DNA from: Candidatus Latescibacterota bacterium
GTDB taxonomy: Bacteria > Latescibacterota > UBA2968 > UBA8231
NCBI GenBank assembly: GCA_965217585.1
Contig: OZ244561.1
Location: 640,001-704,000 of the forward strand
Reading direction: 5' to 3'
Length of the DNA stretch: 64,000 bases
The notes under the pieces were generated by a model that saw only the letters and a program-made list of their open reading frames with translations, was not told the origin of the DNA and searched no databases. Made by a program: the position numbers and the translations under genes. Shown here piece after piece: positions 17,963 through 27,341 of this stretch (position 1 is its first letter; each line of letters begins with the position of its first letter).

Positions 17963-20254
17963 TTAGGTAGCTTGGGCGCTTTTGTCTTTTTCGCCCTCTT
18001 CATTTTCGTACTCAGTGCCGCAGACCCGGCAGTACATGGAAGAAGGGCCCGAGCGGCTACTCTTTTCGTAGAGCAAGGCAGCGTCGCAATGCGTGCATTT
18101 GCGGTCTATGGGGCGGTCCCAGCTAGCGAACTTGCACTGGGGATAGGTGCTGCAACCAAAGAAGACCTTGCCCTTGCGCGACCGCTTCTCCACGATCTGG
18201 CCCTCGCAGCCGTCCTCTGGACATTGGATCCCGAGGACATAGGGCTTGACGTTTTTGCAAGCTGGATAGCCGCTACAAGCCAAAAAGCGGCCATAGCGGC
18301 CCGTCTTGACGACCATGGGCGCGCTGCACTGATCGCAGACCTCGTCGGTCTCCTTCTCGCTTTGCTCTTCGAGGGGTTTGGTGTTTTTGCACTTGGGATA
18401 ACCAGAGCAAGCGAGGAAGCGGCCGTTGCGGCCCCACTTGACGACCATATCGGCTCCGCAGTCCTCGCAGTCCTCGTCCGACGCCTCTTGCAGCGCGAGC
18501 TTTAGCTCTTTGCGGCGGTTGTTGGCCCCGTCTAAGTCACCCTTCCACGAGTCGTAGAACTGCTGCACGATCGCCACCCAGTTAATGCCCCCATCCTCGA
18601 CCTGATCGAGTTTGTCCTCCATGTTGGCCGTGAAAGCCACGTTGAAGAGGTGCGGAAAGGTATCGACGAGTAGTTTGTTGACGGTCTGGCCGAGCTCAGT
18701 GGCCACGAAGTAGCGGTTATCAACCTTTTCGACGTATTTGCGCTCGAGGATGGTAGTGATGATTTGCGCGTAGGTCGAGGGACGGCCAATGCCTTCGGAC
18801 TCTAGTTGTTTGACGAGAGACGCCTCGGTAAAGCGCGGCGGCGGCTTGGTAAAGTGTTGCTCAGGCGCGATTTCCTCTAACTTCAGCACCTCGCCCTGGG
18901 CAATGCCGACAGGCATGGCCCGCAGTTCGTCCACTCCTTCCTTCTGGGCAATGCCGTTAGACACGGCCTCCGACTTCTCCTCTTCTTCCTTGCTCTCGCT
19001 GTAGAGCAGGGTAAAGCCCGGAAACTTGACGACGCTACCCGTGGCTCGGAGCAAATAGGGGCCGGCCTCGATGTTGGCCGTTGTGATGCTGAGTACCTGC
19101 GGCTTCATCTGCGAGGTAACGAACCGTTTCCAGATCAGGGAGTACACCCGCGCCTGATCTGGCTTGAGCAAGTGCCTGATCTCGTCTGGATGCAGGGCCA
19201 CGGAGGTAGGGCGTATCGCTTCGTGAGCGTCTTGGGCGCTGTTCTTGGTCCGGTAGTGATTGGGAGCCTCGGGTACGTACTCGCGGCCGTAGAGGGCGTC
19301 GATCTGCTCGCGCACCTCGGCAATGGCGTCGGCTGCAACGCGCACCGAATCCGTGCGCATATAAGTAATCAGACCACGGGTTTCGCCCTCGACCTCAATG
19401 CCTTCGTATAGCTGCTGAGCTACAGCCATGGTGCGCTTAACCGAAAAGCGCATCCGCCGAGCGCATTCTTGCTGCAAGGTGCTGGTCGTGAAGGGCGGGG
19501 CCGGGCGGCGCACTTGGTCGCGCTTCTTGACCTCTTTGACCGCTATGTCCTGCTCGGCTAGCTCAGCGGTGATGCGATCGGCTTGCTCCTGATTGACGAT
19601 GTCGAGCTTCTCGCCGTCTTTGGCCAAAAGGCGCGCCCAGAACGAACCTCGGCTCTCTCGGCCCAAAAGGGCCTCGATTGACCAGTACTCCTGAGGATCA
19701 AATGCCTTGATCTCGCGGTCGCGGTCGCAGATTAACCGCACGGCTACGGACTGCACTCGGCCGGCTGAGAGCCCGGAGTGTATGACCTTCCACAAGAGCG
19801 GGCTGATCTCGTAGCCGACTAAGCGGTCGAGCACGCGCCGCGCCTGCTGGGCATCGACCTTGTGAAGGTCCAGCACGCCCGAGTGCTCCAGCGACTCGCG
19901 CACCGCCTTGGGCGTGATCTCGTTGAAGAGAATTCGCTTGACGTTGTCGTCCTTGCGAGCGATGGCTTGGGCCACGTGCCAAGCAATGGCCTCGCCCTCG
20001 CGGTCGGGGTCGGTGGCCAAGTAGGTAGTATCGGCAGCTTGGGCTGCTTTGCGGAGGCCGCTGAGGATCTTGCCCTTGCCCCGAATCGTTACGTAGCGCG
20101 GCTTGAAGCCGTCTTCAATGTCGATGCCCAGCTCTTTCGGCGGCAGGTCCCGCACGTGCCCCATACAGGGTTTGACTACAAAATTTTTGCCCAAAATTTT
20201 GTTAATTGTCTTGGCCTTGGCCGGCGACTCGACAACCACCAATGACTTGCCCAT
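17963..20254 (-). CDS. topA: DNA topoisomerase I
   Basis: VVESPAKAKTI, LATDPDREGEAI, SAGRVQS, LITYMRTDS, GIGRPSTY, C-terminal zinc ribbons. Confidence 0.98.
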   Translation of the reverse strand: MGKSLVVVESPAKAKTINKILGKNFVVKPCMGHVRDLPPKELGIDIEDGFKPRYVTIRGKGKILSGLRKAAQAADTTYLATDPDREGEAIAWHVAQAIARKDDNVKRILFNEITPKAVRESLEHSGVLDLHKVDAQQARRVLDRLVGYEISPLLWKVIHSGLSAGRVQSVAVRLICDRDREIKAFDPQEYWSIEALLGRESRGSFWARLLAKDGEKLDIVNQEQADRITAELAEQDIAVKEVKKRDQVRRPAPPFTTSTLQQECARRMRFSVKRTMAVAQQLYEGIEVEGETRGLITYMRTDSVRVAADAIAEVREQIDALYGREYVPEAPNHYRTKNSAQDAHEAIRPTSVALHPDEIRHLLKPDQARVYSLIWKRFVTSQMKPQVLSITTANIEAGPYLLRATGSVVKFPGFTLLYSESKEEEEKSEAVSNGIAQKEGVDELRAMPVGIAQGEVLKLEEIAPEQHFTKPPPRFTEASLVKQLESEGIGRPSTYAQIITTILERKYVEKVDNRYFVATELGQTVNKLLVDTFPHLFNVAFTANMEDKLDQVEDGGINWVAIVQQFYDSWKGDLDGANNRRKELKLALQEASDEDCEDCGADMVVKWGRNGRFLACSGYPKCKNTKPLEEQSEKETDEVCDQCSAPMVVKTGRYGRFLACSGYPACKNVKPYVLGIQCPEDGCEGQIVEKRSRKGKVFFGCSTYPQCKFASWDRPIDRKCTHCDAALLYEKSSRSGPSSMYCRVCGTEYENEEGEKDKSAQAT

Positions 20255-20413
20255 CTGCTTCCTCGGTTGATAGTACTTAAGCCGTAAGTTGTGTAATTTT
20301 CTGAATATATAGACGCCCTAAGACAATAGCAAGACGCGCTCTTGACAAACCAGAGCCGCCGCCTTTTTGTAACGCAGCCGGTATTACGCGCCGCATTCTC
20401 TGGGGTTTGGACC

Positions 20414-21169
20414 TTGATCCACCGCAAGAAATCAAGCGAAATAGAGTACATTGCCGCTAGCTGCGAGATCGTCTTCGCCGTCCAGCAGAAGCTCGAAGCG
20501 CTCATCGCGCCTGGCATCAGCACCCTCGAGCTGGACCAAGTCGCCGAAGCCGAAATCCGCGCCTTAGGAGCTGTGCCCGCCTTCAAGGGATACCACGGCT
20601 TCCCCCACTCGATTTGCACTTCAGTAAATGCCGCAATCGTGCATGGGTTCCCCGACGAAACCCCGCTGCAAGAGGGCGACATCGTTAGCATTGACGTGGG
20701 TGCCTACCTCGACGGCTACTATGGCGACGGGGCCTTTACCGTCGCGGTCGGCGCGATCAGCGCGCAGGCGCAGCACCTCATCAATGGCACCCTCGCCTGC
20801 CTCGCACGGGGCATTGACCAAGCGCGAGCAGGAAGGCGACTCTCCGACATCTCGTACGCCATCCAGTGCCAAGCCGAAAGCCAAGGGCTAGCCGTAGTGC
20901 GCGAGTACGGGGGCCACGGCATTGGCCGCGAGCTGCACGAGTCGCCCTATATCGGCAACTATGGCCCGCCCGGCAAAGGTCCTCTGCTCACGCCCGGGCA
21001 CGTATTATGTATCGAGCCAATCCTCTGCCTAGGCGACCCCCAAATCGACCATCTCGACGACTGGACCACCCTTACCTCCGACCGCTCGCTCGCCGCCCAC
21101 GCCGAGCACACTGTGGCCATTACTGAGGAGGGTCCGCGGATTCTGACCCTGCCCGCTGTGCCGGCATGA
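20414..21169 (+). CDS. map: Methionine aminopeptidase type I
   Basis: FKGYHGFP, SICTSVN, DIVSIDVG, GHGIG..LHE, IEP, AHAEHT; start uncertain (TTG 20414). Confidence 0.93.
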   Translation: MIHRKKSSEIEYIAASCEIVFAVQQKLEALIAPGISTLELDQVAEAEIRALGAVPAFKGYHGFPHSICTSVNAAIVHGFPDETPLQEGDIVSIDVGAYLDGYYGDGAFTVAVGAISAQAQHLINGTLACLARGIDQARAGRRLSDISYAIQCQAESQGLAVVREYGGHGIGRELHESPYIGNYGPPGKGPLLTPGHVLCIEPILCLGDPQIDHLDDWTTLTSDRSLAAHAEHTVAITEEGPRILTLPAVPA

Positions 21170-21924
21170 AAGTCACCTTCCTCGGCACCGGCACCTCTAT
21201 CGGGGTGCCGCGCATCGGCTGCTACTGCCCGGTTTGCGCCTCAGACGACCCGAAAAATAAGCGCTTGCGCTGCGCCTTACACCTAGCACATCAAGGCCGG
21301 TCAATCCTCGTAGATGCCGGCCCAGATCTCAGAACCCAAGCCCTGCGCTATCAGATCGACCGAGTCGATTGCGTGCTGTTGACCCACGGCCACGCCGATC
21401 ATCTGCACGGCCTCGACGACGTGCGCTCCTATTGCTTTGACCGCGACCAGCCGCTGCCCTGCTATGCGGACCCGCACACCATTGCACGCATCGAACGAGT
21501 CTTCGACTACGCCTTTGACAAAGACGCCCCCAGCGCGACGCCGCAGATTGCCCTGCGTCCGATTGCCGGGCCGTTCACGGCCTGTGGGATCGCCATCGAG
21601 CCGCTTACCATCTATCACGGCCGCGCTCCGGTTCTCGCCTTCCGCATCGGCGACTTCGCCTACGCCACGGACACGAACTACATCCCAGAGGCGGCCATGG
21701 CGCGGCTGCGCGGTCTAGAGGTCTTGGTCCTCGACGCACTACGCCACAAAGAACATCCTACCCATTTCAACGTCGAGCAGGCGTTGGCCATTGTCGCCGA
21801 ACTCCAGCCCGCTTGTACCTACTTCACGCATATAGCCCACGACCTCGATCACCATCAGACCAATGCAGAACTCCCCCCAGGCGTACAACTCGCCTACGAC
21901 GGATTGGTGCTGGAGTTGAGATAA
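21166..21924 (+). CDS. MBL-fold metallo-hydrolase, PhnP-like phosphodiesterase
   Basis: FLGTGTSIGVP..GC.C.VC, THGHADHLHG, YATD, HPTH, THIAH, AYDG. Confidence 0.9.
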   Translation: MKVTFLGTGTSIGVPRIGCYCPVCASDDPKNKRLRCALHLAHQGRSILVDAGPDLRTQALRYQIDRVDCVLLTHGHADHLHGLDDVRSYCFDRDQPLPCYADPHTIARIERVFDYAFDKDAPSATPQIALRPIAGPFTACGIAIEPLTIYHGRAPVLAFRIGDFAYATDTNYIPEAAMARLRGLEVLVLDALRHKEHPTHFNVEQALAIVAELQPACTYFTHIAHDLDHHQTNAELPPGVQLAYDGLVLELR

Positions 21925-21962
21925 AAAACGAGGACGCCGCCGGTCTCCCGACGACATCCTCG
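21923..21962 (-). terminator. Rho-independent terminator for nrdJ
   Basis: Minus strand CGAGGATGTCGTCGG-GAGA-CCGGCGGCGTCCTCG followed by TTTTTT. Confidence 0.8.
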
Positions 21963-21994
21963 CCTCAATCAAAAAAGCACTGTCCGGCTTTAGT

Positions 21995-24346
21995 TCAACA
22001 CTTGGACCACCCGCAGTGCTTGCACATCAGACAGCTACTCTCATACGATACCGTCGACCCGCACTCTGGACAGGTAGTCAGCGTCTTCGGCTCGCTGCTC
22101 TCGACAAAACTGGGCGGTACGTCCTCGGGGGCGACAGCATCAAGCTGCTTGCCTGCCTTCCGCTGCAAATAGCGCTCCATCGCCTTGCCAATGGCATCGG
22201 GCGTAGACAGGATCAACTCGCCGTTCTCCCAGACCGGGTTTGGGCCTGAAATGCCCTTCAACTCGCTGATAACTTCCTGAGGATCAACCCCCGAACTCAG
22301 CACCAGCGAAATTAGCCGGCTGATGGCCTCAGACTGAGCTGCGGCGTTGCCGCCAGACTTGCCGATGGTACTGAAGACTTCGCATATCCCGTACTCGTCT
22401 TCGTTAATTGTGACGTAGATTTTGCCCTCGCCGGTGTTGATCCGCTCGGTGATACCCGCAGTGACCGCTGGGCGGCGGCGGCGGTGGAGAAAGCCGTCCG
22501 GCCCCATGTAGTCGGGGATCTCCGCAGCCGGGGCTTCTTTCTTGTCGGATTGGCCCTCGGTCTGCAGGATGCCCTCGCGGCTGCCCTCGCGGTACACCGT
22601 CACGCCCTTGAGGCCCTCCTTGTACGCGGTGATGTAGATGTCGGCGACCGTCTCTATCGCGATGTCTTCGGGCAGATTGATCGTCGAAGAAATGCTACTA
22701 TCAGTGTATTTCTGGATCACGCCCTGCATCTTGACTCGGAAGTAGGGATCGATTTCGTGGGCCGTCACGACGTAATTGGGCAGGTCCTCGTCGCCGCCGA
22801 AGACGCGCTGAATGAGCGGGTGATAGACCTTGTATTCGCGGAAACTCTCGCCGTCGTCCTGCTTTACCCGGCGGGTGTAGCTAGTGCAAAAGATTGGCTC
22901 AATCCCCGAACTCGTCTGCGCCACAATAGAACCCGTACCCACCGGCGGCATCGTAATCAAGGTGCAATTGCGCAGGCCGTGCTCGGCGATTTTCTCTTGC
23001 AGCGCTTGGGGTAGGCTCTGGATGAATTTGCTCTGCTTGATGCCCTCCCAGTCGAAAAGCGGAAAGGCTCCCTTTTCACGGGCCAACTCGACGGACATTT
23101 CATAGGCATTGTGGCAGATGGTGGCCATAATGCGGTCGATGATTTCCAGGGCCTCGTCCGAATCGTATTTGCTCTGCATCAAGACCATCGCATCGGCCAT
23201 GCCGGTGATGCCTAAACCCACCCGGCGATCGGAGGCTACGGCTTCCCGAATTTTGGGCAAGGCATGGTTGTCCACGTTGTAATCAATGACGTTGTCCAAA
23301 AAGCGGGTCGCCACGCGGGCGGCCTGCCCCAACTCCTCGTAGTCGAGCTCGCCGTCGGCACGGACGAAGTTCACCAAATTGAGATTGCCTAGGTTGCAGG
23401 CCGTGTACGACGCCAGTGGCTGCTCGCCGCAGGGATTGGTGCTGGAGAGCGGATTGACGTATTCGACATTGTGATACTCGCGCATCGTATCCCAAAAAAT
23501 AATCCCCGGCTCGGCGCTGGCGTGGGCATTGGCGATGATCTTGTCCCACAATTGGCGCGCCTTGACCGTGCGGAATACCTTGCCACCCCAGCGCAAGTCG
23601 AAGTCCGAGTCGGCCAATACAGCCTGCATGAACTCGTGGGTAATCAGCACGCTGATGTTGGCGTACTGCACTTTGGTGCGGTTGGCGTCGTTTTTGATGG
23701 TAATAAAGTCTTCGATATCGGGATGATCGACCCGCAAAGTCAGCATCAGGGCACCGCGACGGCCGGCTTGGGAGACGGCATTGGTGCTCTCGGAGAGCAG
23801 GTTCATAAAGGCGGTGCAACCCGGTGAAGCATCCACCGTGGCGTTGACCGGGGCTCCTTGCGGCCTGAGAATCGACAAATCCGTGCCGACGCCACCGCCC
23901 GTGCGGTACACCATCGCCGATTCGTTCAGGCAGCGATAGATGCCCTCTAGACTGTCCTCTTCAATGGGGATGACATAGCAGTTGGACAGCGTCGGCTTGC
24001 GCCTAGCCTCGTCGCGGCCAGCCCCGTGCATGACGCGCCCGCCAGGGATGAACTTGAAGTCCATCAACAGCGAGAAGAAGCGGTCGTACCAGTATTGGGG
24101 ATCCTTCTCCACCGAGGCCATGGCCCGGGCGATGCGGTCCCAGATGTGCAGCGGCCCGGTCTCGCCGGGTGCCAAGTACTTGTTGCGCAAAACGTCGATG
24201 GCGAGGTCGTTGTCCCTGTAATAGGTCTCGGCATCAGCGGCGCGAGCCAAGAGAGCGTCGTGGCCGTTGCGCTTGAGCCCGTGGCCTTCGAGCTGCGCTA
24301 GCATATCTTCAAAGCGGTGTGTGACTGCGCGTTCGGACTCCATCAT
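21995..24346 (-). CDS. nrdJ: Adenosylcobalamin-dependent (class II) ribonucleotide reductase with C-terminal TSCPD-type domain and zinc ribbon
   Basis: LSNCY, GGGVG, RRGA, TNPCGEQPL, PPVGT, SSGIEP, KGVTVYR, STPDAIG, CPEC...CKHCGWSKC; no small-subunit gene nearby. Confidence 0.93.
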   Translation of the reverse strand: MMESERAVTHRFEDMLAQLEGHGLKRNGHDALLARAADAETYYRDNDLAIDVLRNKYLAPGETGPLHIWDRIARAMASVEKDPQYWYDRFFSLLMDFKFIPGGRVMHGAGRDEARRKPTLSNCYVIPIEEDSLEGIYRCLNESAMVYRTGGGVGTDLSILRPQGAPVNATVDASPGCTAFMNLLSESTNAVSQAGRRGALMLTLRVDHPDIEDFITIKNDANRTKVQYANISVLITHEFMQAVLADSDFDLRWGGKVFRTVKARQLWDKIIANAHASAEPGIIFWDTMREYHNVEYVNPLSSTNPCGEQPLASYTACNLGNLNLVNFVRADGELDYEELGQAARVATRFLDNVIDYNVDNHALPKIREAVASDRRVGLGITGMADAMVLMQSKYDSDEALEIIDRIMATICHNAYEMSVELAREKGAFPLFDWEGIKQSKFIQSLPQALQEKIAEHGLRNCTLITMPPVGTGSIVAQTSSGIEPIFCTSYTRRVKQDDGESFREYKVYHPLIQRVFGGDEDLPNYVVTAHEIDPYFRVKMQGVIQKYTDSSISSTINLPEDIAIETVADIYITAYKEGLKGVTVYREGSREGILQTEGQSDKKEAPAAEIPDYMGPDGFLHRRRRPAVTAGITERINTGEGKIYVTINEDEYGICEVFSTIGKSGGNAAAQSEAISRLISLVLSSGVDPQEVISELKGISGPNPVWENGELILSTPDAIGKAMERYLQRKAGKQLDAVAPEDVPPSFVESSEPKTLTTCPECGSTVSYESSCLMCKHCGWSKC

Positions 24347-24461
24347 GCCCTCCCATTGGAACAAAAAAGGTCCATGGGCGAAGTAGGAAACATCGCCAAA
24401 AACAAGAACTTAGGTTAACTGCTGTTAGAATTAGGGGAGAGGGCAAAAGTGCAGCCCTGAG

Positions 24462-24508
24462 ACACATTATCTCAGGGCATTACACTCATTTGACACTATA
24501 TGTAGTGT
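24462..24508. promoter_or_regulatory. Tandem NrdR boxes
   Basis: acactatatgtagtgt (24493-24508) fits the acaCwAtATaTwGtgt consensus; a degenerate acacattatctcaggg lies 31 bp away (24462-24477). Confidence 0.8.
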
Positions 24509-24518
24509 GTTGAGGCCT

Positions 24519-24547
24519 AAAGTAGAAACGGCGTGCGTATTTGTCAA
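24519..24547 (-). promoter_or_regulatory. Sigma70-type promoter for nrdJ
   Basis: TTGACA (24547-24542), 17 nt spacer, TACTTT (24524-24519); the NrdR box lies just downstream. Confidence 0.7.
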
Positions 24548-24619
24548 GTCAAAAATAAGGTCCAGAGCAATTTCTTTTCAATCCGGTTACGATGCGCTAA
24601 AAAAAACAGCACAGACCTC

Positions 24620-25072
24620 TTAGCTGTTGGCCAATTGCTCTAATTCGCGCATGAAATCGCTCTTGTCTTTGAACTGGCGATAGACCGAGGCAAAACGCAC
24701 ATACGCCACTTCGTTGAGTTGGCGCAGATGCTCCACGACGCGCTCGCCGATCTGTTTGGAGGGAATTTCCTTCACGTTGAGGCTGCCCACTTCGGCCTCG
24801 ACCTGATCGACGAGCTGCTCGATCGCCTCGACCGATATGGTCGTCTTGTAGCAGGCTATCTGTATCTTGTCGAGCAGTTTGCTGCGATCGAAAGGCTCGC
24901 GCCGGCCGTCGGCCTTAATAACGGATAGAGGCACGTTTTCGATGTATTCATAGGTTGTGAAGCGCTTGGCACAGCTTATGCACTCGCGGCGACGGCGGAT
25001 CGCCATACCTTCGCGGCACGACCGCGAATCCACTACCCGATCTTCTTCACAATTGCAATAGGGACACCGCAT
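24620..25072 (-). CDS. nrdR: Transcriptional repressor NrdR
   Basis: MRCPYC, VVDSR, IRRRREC..C..RFTTYE, ATP cone, VAYVRFASVY. Confidence 0.97.
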   Translation of the reverse strand: MRCPYCNCEEDRVVDSRSCREGMAIRRRRECISCAKRFTTYEYIENVPLSVIKADGRREPFDRSKLLDKIQIACYKTTISVEAIEQLVDQVEAEVGSLNVKEIPSKQIGERVVEHLRQLNEVAYVRFASVYRQFKDKSDFMRELEQLANS

Positions 25073-25183
25073 AGACTAATCCTCCCACCAGTTTGCTCAG
25101 AGTACGACGGACGGTGTTTATGCGGGGAGTAGAGGAAGGAGAGTAAGACTAAATATAAGAAAAATAGGAGGATATGGCAATCA

Positions 25184-25843
25184 TTAGTTGAGCCTGAAGA
25201 TGAAGGGCAGGCTAACCCTGACCTTGACGGGCCTGTCGTTTTGCATCGCCGGCGTAAACTCCCATTGGAGAGCAGCGGCTCTGGCGACCTCGTGGAAAAC
25301 CTTGGGACCCGTGATCTTGCCGATCTCTTCGACCTTGCCGTCTTTGTCGATTAGCGCCTCGACAAACACCTTGCCGGTGATGTTGGCCTTCTGGGCGGTA
25401 GGCGGATACTTCGGCTCTACTCTCTTGGTGGGCACAGGTTTCTTCTCGACCCGCCACAACTCGACGATCTCCTCTTCCTCTTCCAATTCGACTTCCTCAA
25501 CCACCTCCTCCTCCAACGGCGGCGGCGGTGCCAAATCGTCGAGGCCTAAGTCGAGCTCGGTGTCCTCAATGGTCACGTCATCCGGGACATCCGGGTTGTC
25601 GGTAGGCACGGGCACCACTGGCCGGGCCGGCGGTGGGGGCCGACGCTCTTGCTTAGTCTCAGGGATTTCTTCGAGTTGAATGATAATCGGCTCTTCGGAT
25701 CTGGCGTAGGCTTCGGGCTCGAAGCTGGGGAAGAGGCCAAAGAGGGCCGCGTGCAAGAGGGTAGAAAACCCCGTGCAGGCCCATAACGTCTTCCGGTACG
25801 TCAACCGTAGATTAGCTTCAGGCTGTTTGCCGCGAATCATCAT
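25184..25843 (-). CDS. tonB: Energy transducer TonB
   Basis: N-terminal TM with SxxxH, Pro/Glu-rich linker, PKYP...GKV...WEFTPA C-terminal domain. Confidence 0.88.
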   Translation of the reverse strand: MMIRGKQPEANLRLTYRKTLWACTGFSTLLHAALFGLFPSFEPEAYARSEEPIIIQLEEIPETKQERRPPPPARPVVPVPTDNPDVPDDVTIEDTELDLGLDDLAPPPPLEEEVVEEVELEEEEEIVELWRVEKKPVPTKRVEPKYPPTAQKANITGKVFVEALIDKDGKVEEIGKITGPKVFHEVARAAALQWEFTPAMQNDRPVKVRVSLPFIFRLN

Positions 25844-26250
25844 TCCAGCTCCCGTTTGGTGGAGAAATTGACCCGCAGAGCCTCGGCTTTGCGCAGCTCC
25901 TCCATGACATCGGAAATCACCCCGAACTCGGAATCCTTATCACCTCGCAACGAGATGATCAACCGAGGATTGGCCGTCAGGTACTTATGCACCAACTTGC
26001 CCACTTCGGAAAGCGGTATGTTCCGGTCTTCAATATTGACGATTCCCTCGCTATTGACCCAAACCTGCAATACGTTGCGGCGGCTTTCGAGCTTCTCAAT
26101 TTTTTCGGCCTGTGGTAGCTCCACCGGCACGCCCCTATAGCGCACGAAAACCGTCGATACCATAAAAAACACGAGGAGCAAGAAGGATATATCAGCCATG
26201 GAAGCCGTGGGAATGACGCTGACCACTTTGGCTTTGCGTGCGAATTTCAT
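25840..26250 (-). CDS. exbD: ExbD/TolR family biopolymer transporter
   Basis: IPTASMADISFLLLVFFMV; LRGDK. Confidence 0.9.
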   Translation of the reverse strand: MKFARKAKVVSVIPTASMADISFLLLVFFMVSTVFVRYRGVPVELPQAEKIEKLESRRNVLQVWVNSEGIVNIEDRNIPLSEVGKLVHKYLTANPRLIISLRGDKDSEFGVISDVMEELRKAEALRVNFSTKRELE

Positions 26251-26253
26251 CGG

Positions 26254-26667
26254 CTATTCTTCCGGGTTGGCAATCGAGATTTTGGTAGAACCGGCCAGTT
26301 TGAGTTCATCTAATACATCGACGAAGGTCCGATAGGTGGCCCCGCGCTCGGTCTTAAGCGAGACGATCAGATTCTCGTTTTCCCGCAGACGCCCCTCAAT
26401 TCGCGCTTTGAGCTCGGCAAACGGCACCGGCGTTAGCTGGTCATTTTCAAAAAAGGCGACCTGATCGCGGGCGTTGATCCACACGTTGAGAATGTTCTTT
26501 TCTCGCACTTCCTTGGTCTCGCCCACCGGCGGCAAGTGCAACGAAAGGCCCTTGTCTTGGTTCATCGTGGTCGTGACGAGGAAGAACACGATCAACAAAA
26601 AGGCGATATCCGCCATCGAAGCCGTAGGGATTTCCGGGGGAACCCGGCTTTGGCGCCTCCCGATCAC
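26254..26667 (-). CDS. exbD: ExbD/TolR family biopolymer transporter
   Basis: IPTASMADIAFLLIVFFLVTT; start codon uncertain. Confidence 0.9.
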   Translation of the reverse strand: MIGRRQSRVPPEIPTASMADIAFLLIVFFLVTTTMNQDKGLSLHLPPVGETKEVREKNILNVWINARDQVAFFENDQLTPVPFAELKARIEGRLRENENLIVSLKTERGATYRTFVDVLDELKLAGSTKISIANPEE

Positions 26668-26669
26668 GC

Positions 26670-27287
26670 CTAGGCTCCTTGATGCTGACGCGCGGCCAGC
26701 AGGTCGATGAAGTTGGCCGTCTGCTCGGTCATGTCGGCGATGATCTTATCGATGCGATTGGCGCAAAAGTTGTAGCAAAACTGGATTAGGATGCCCACGA
26801 TCAGACCCGCAGCCGTGGTGATTAGGGCCTCAGAAATACCGCCCGCGACCATGGAAGGCTCGACGTCGCCGGCTTCCTTGATCGCCTGAAAGGCGTTGAT
26901 CATACCGCTGACCGTGCCCAAAAAGCCTATCATCGGTGCCAAGTTAGCCACTGTCGAGAGCCAGACCATGCCGCGCTCGAGAAAGGCCATCTCCACCGCG
27001 CCGGAATTGTCAATGGCTTTCTCGACGTGGTCGATGCCGCGCTCCAAGCGCAGGAGCCCAGCGTGGATAACTGAGGCAACCGGACCGCGCGTATTCGAGC
27101 AAAGCTCGGCCGCGGCGTCGGGGCCCCCGCTGTTGAGTGCCTCTTCGAGGTTCGTGAAGAAATTCGCAGCGTCAATCGACGACCGCGACAGATTGAACAG
27201 GCGTTCGGCGGCTACGGCAACGCCGATGATGAGCAGAATGAGCAAGGGATACATGGCCCACCCACCGTCTTGAAAAAGCTCTACCAT
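26670..27287 (-). CDS. exbB: MotA/TolQ/ExbB proton channel
   Basis: APMIGFLGTVSGMI, GISEALITTAAGL. Confidence 0.92.
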   Translation of the reverse strand: MVELFQDGGWAMYPLLILLIIGVAVAAERLFNLSRSSIDAANFFTNLEEALNSGGPDAAAELCSNTRGPVASVIHAGLLRLERGIDHVEKAIDNSGAVEMAFLERGMVWLSTVANLAPMIGFLGTVSGMINAFQAIKEAGDVEPSMVAGGISEALITTAAGLIVGILIQFCYNFCANRIDKIIADMTEQTANFIDLLAARQHQGA

Positions 27288-27341
27288 TTTTTTTCCTCGC
27301 GATTATAACGTTAGTCCCGGTCCGACAGACCCGAGCGATGT

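Noticed and set aside
24347-24619. Cobalamin riboswitch upstream of nrdJ
   Set aside because: No recognisable B12-box or core motifs; the promoter and NrdR boxes explain the region.
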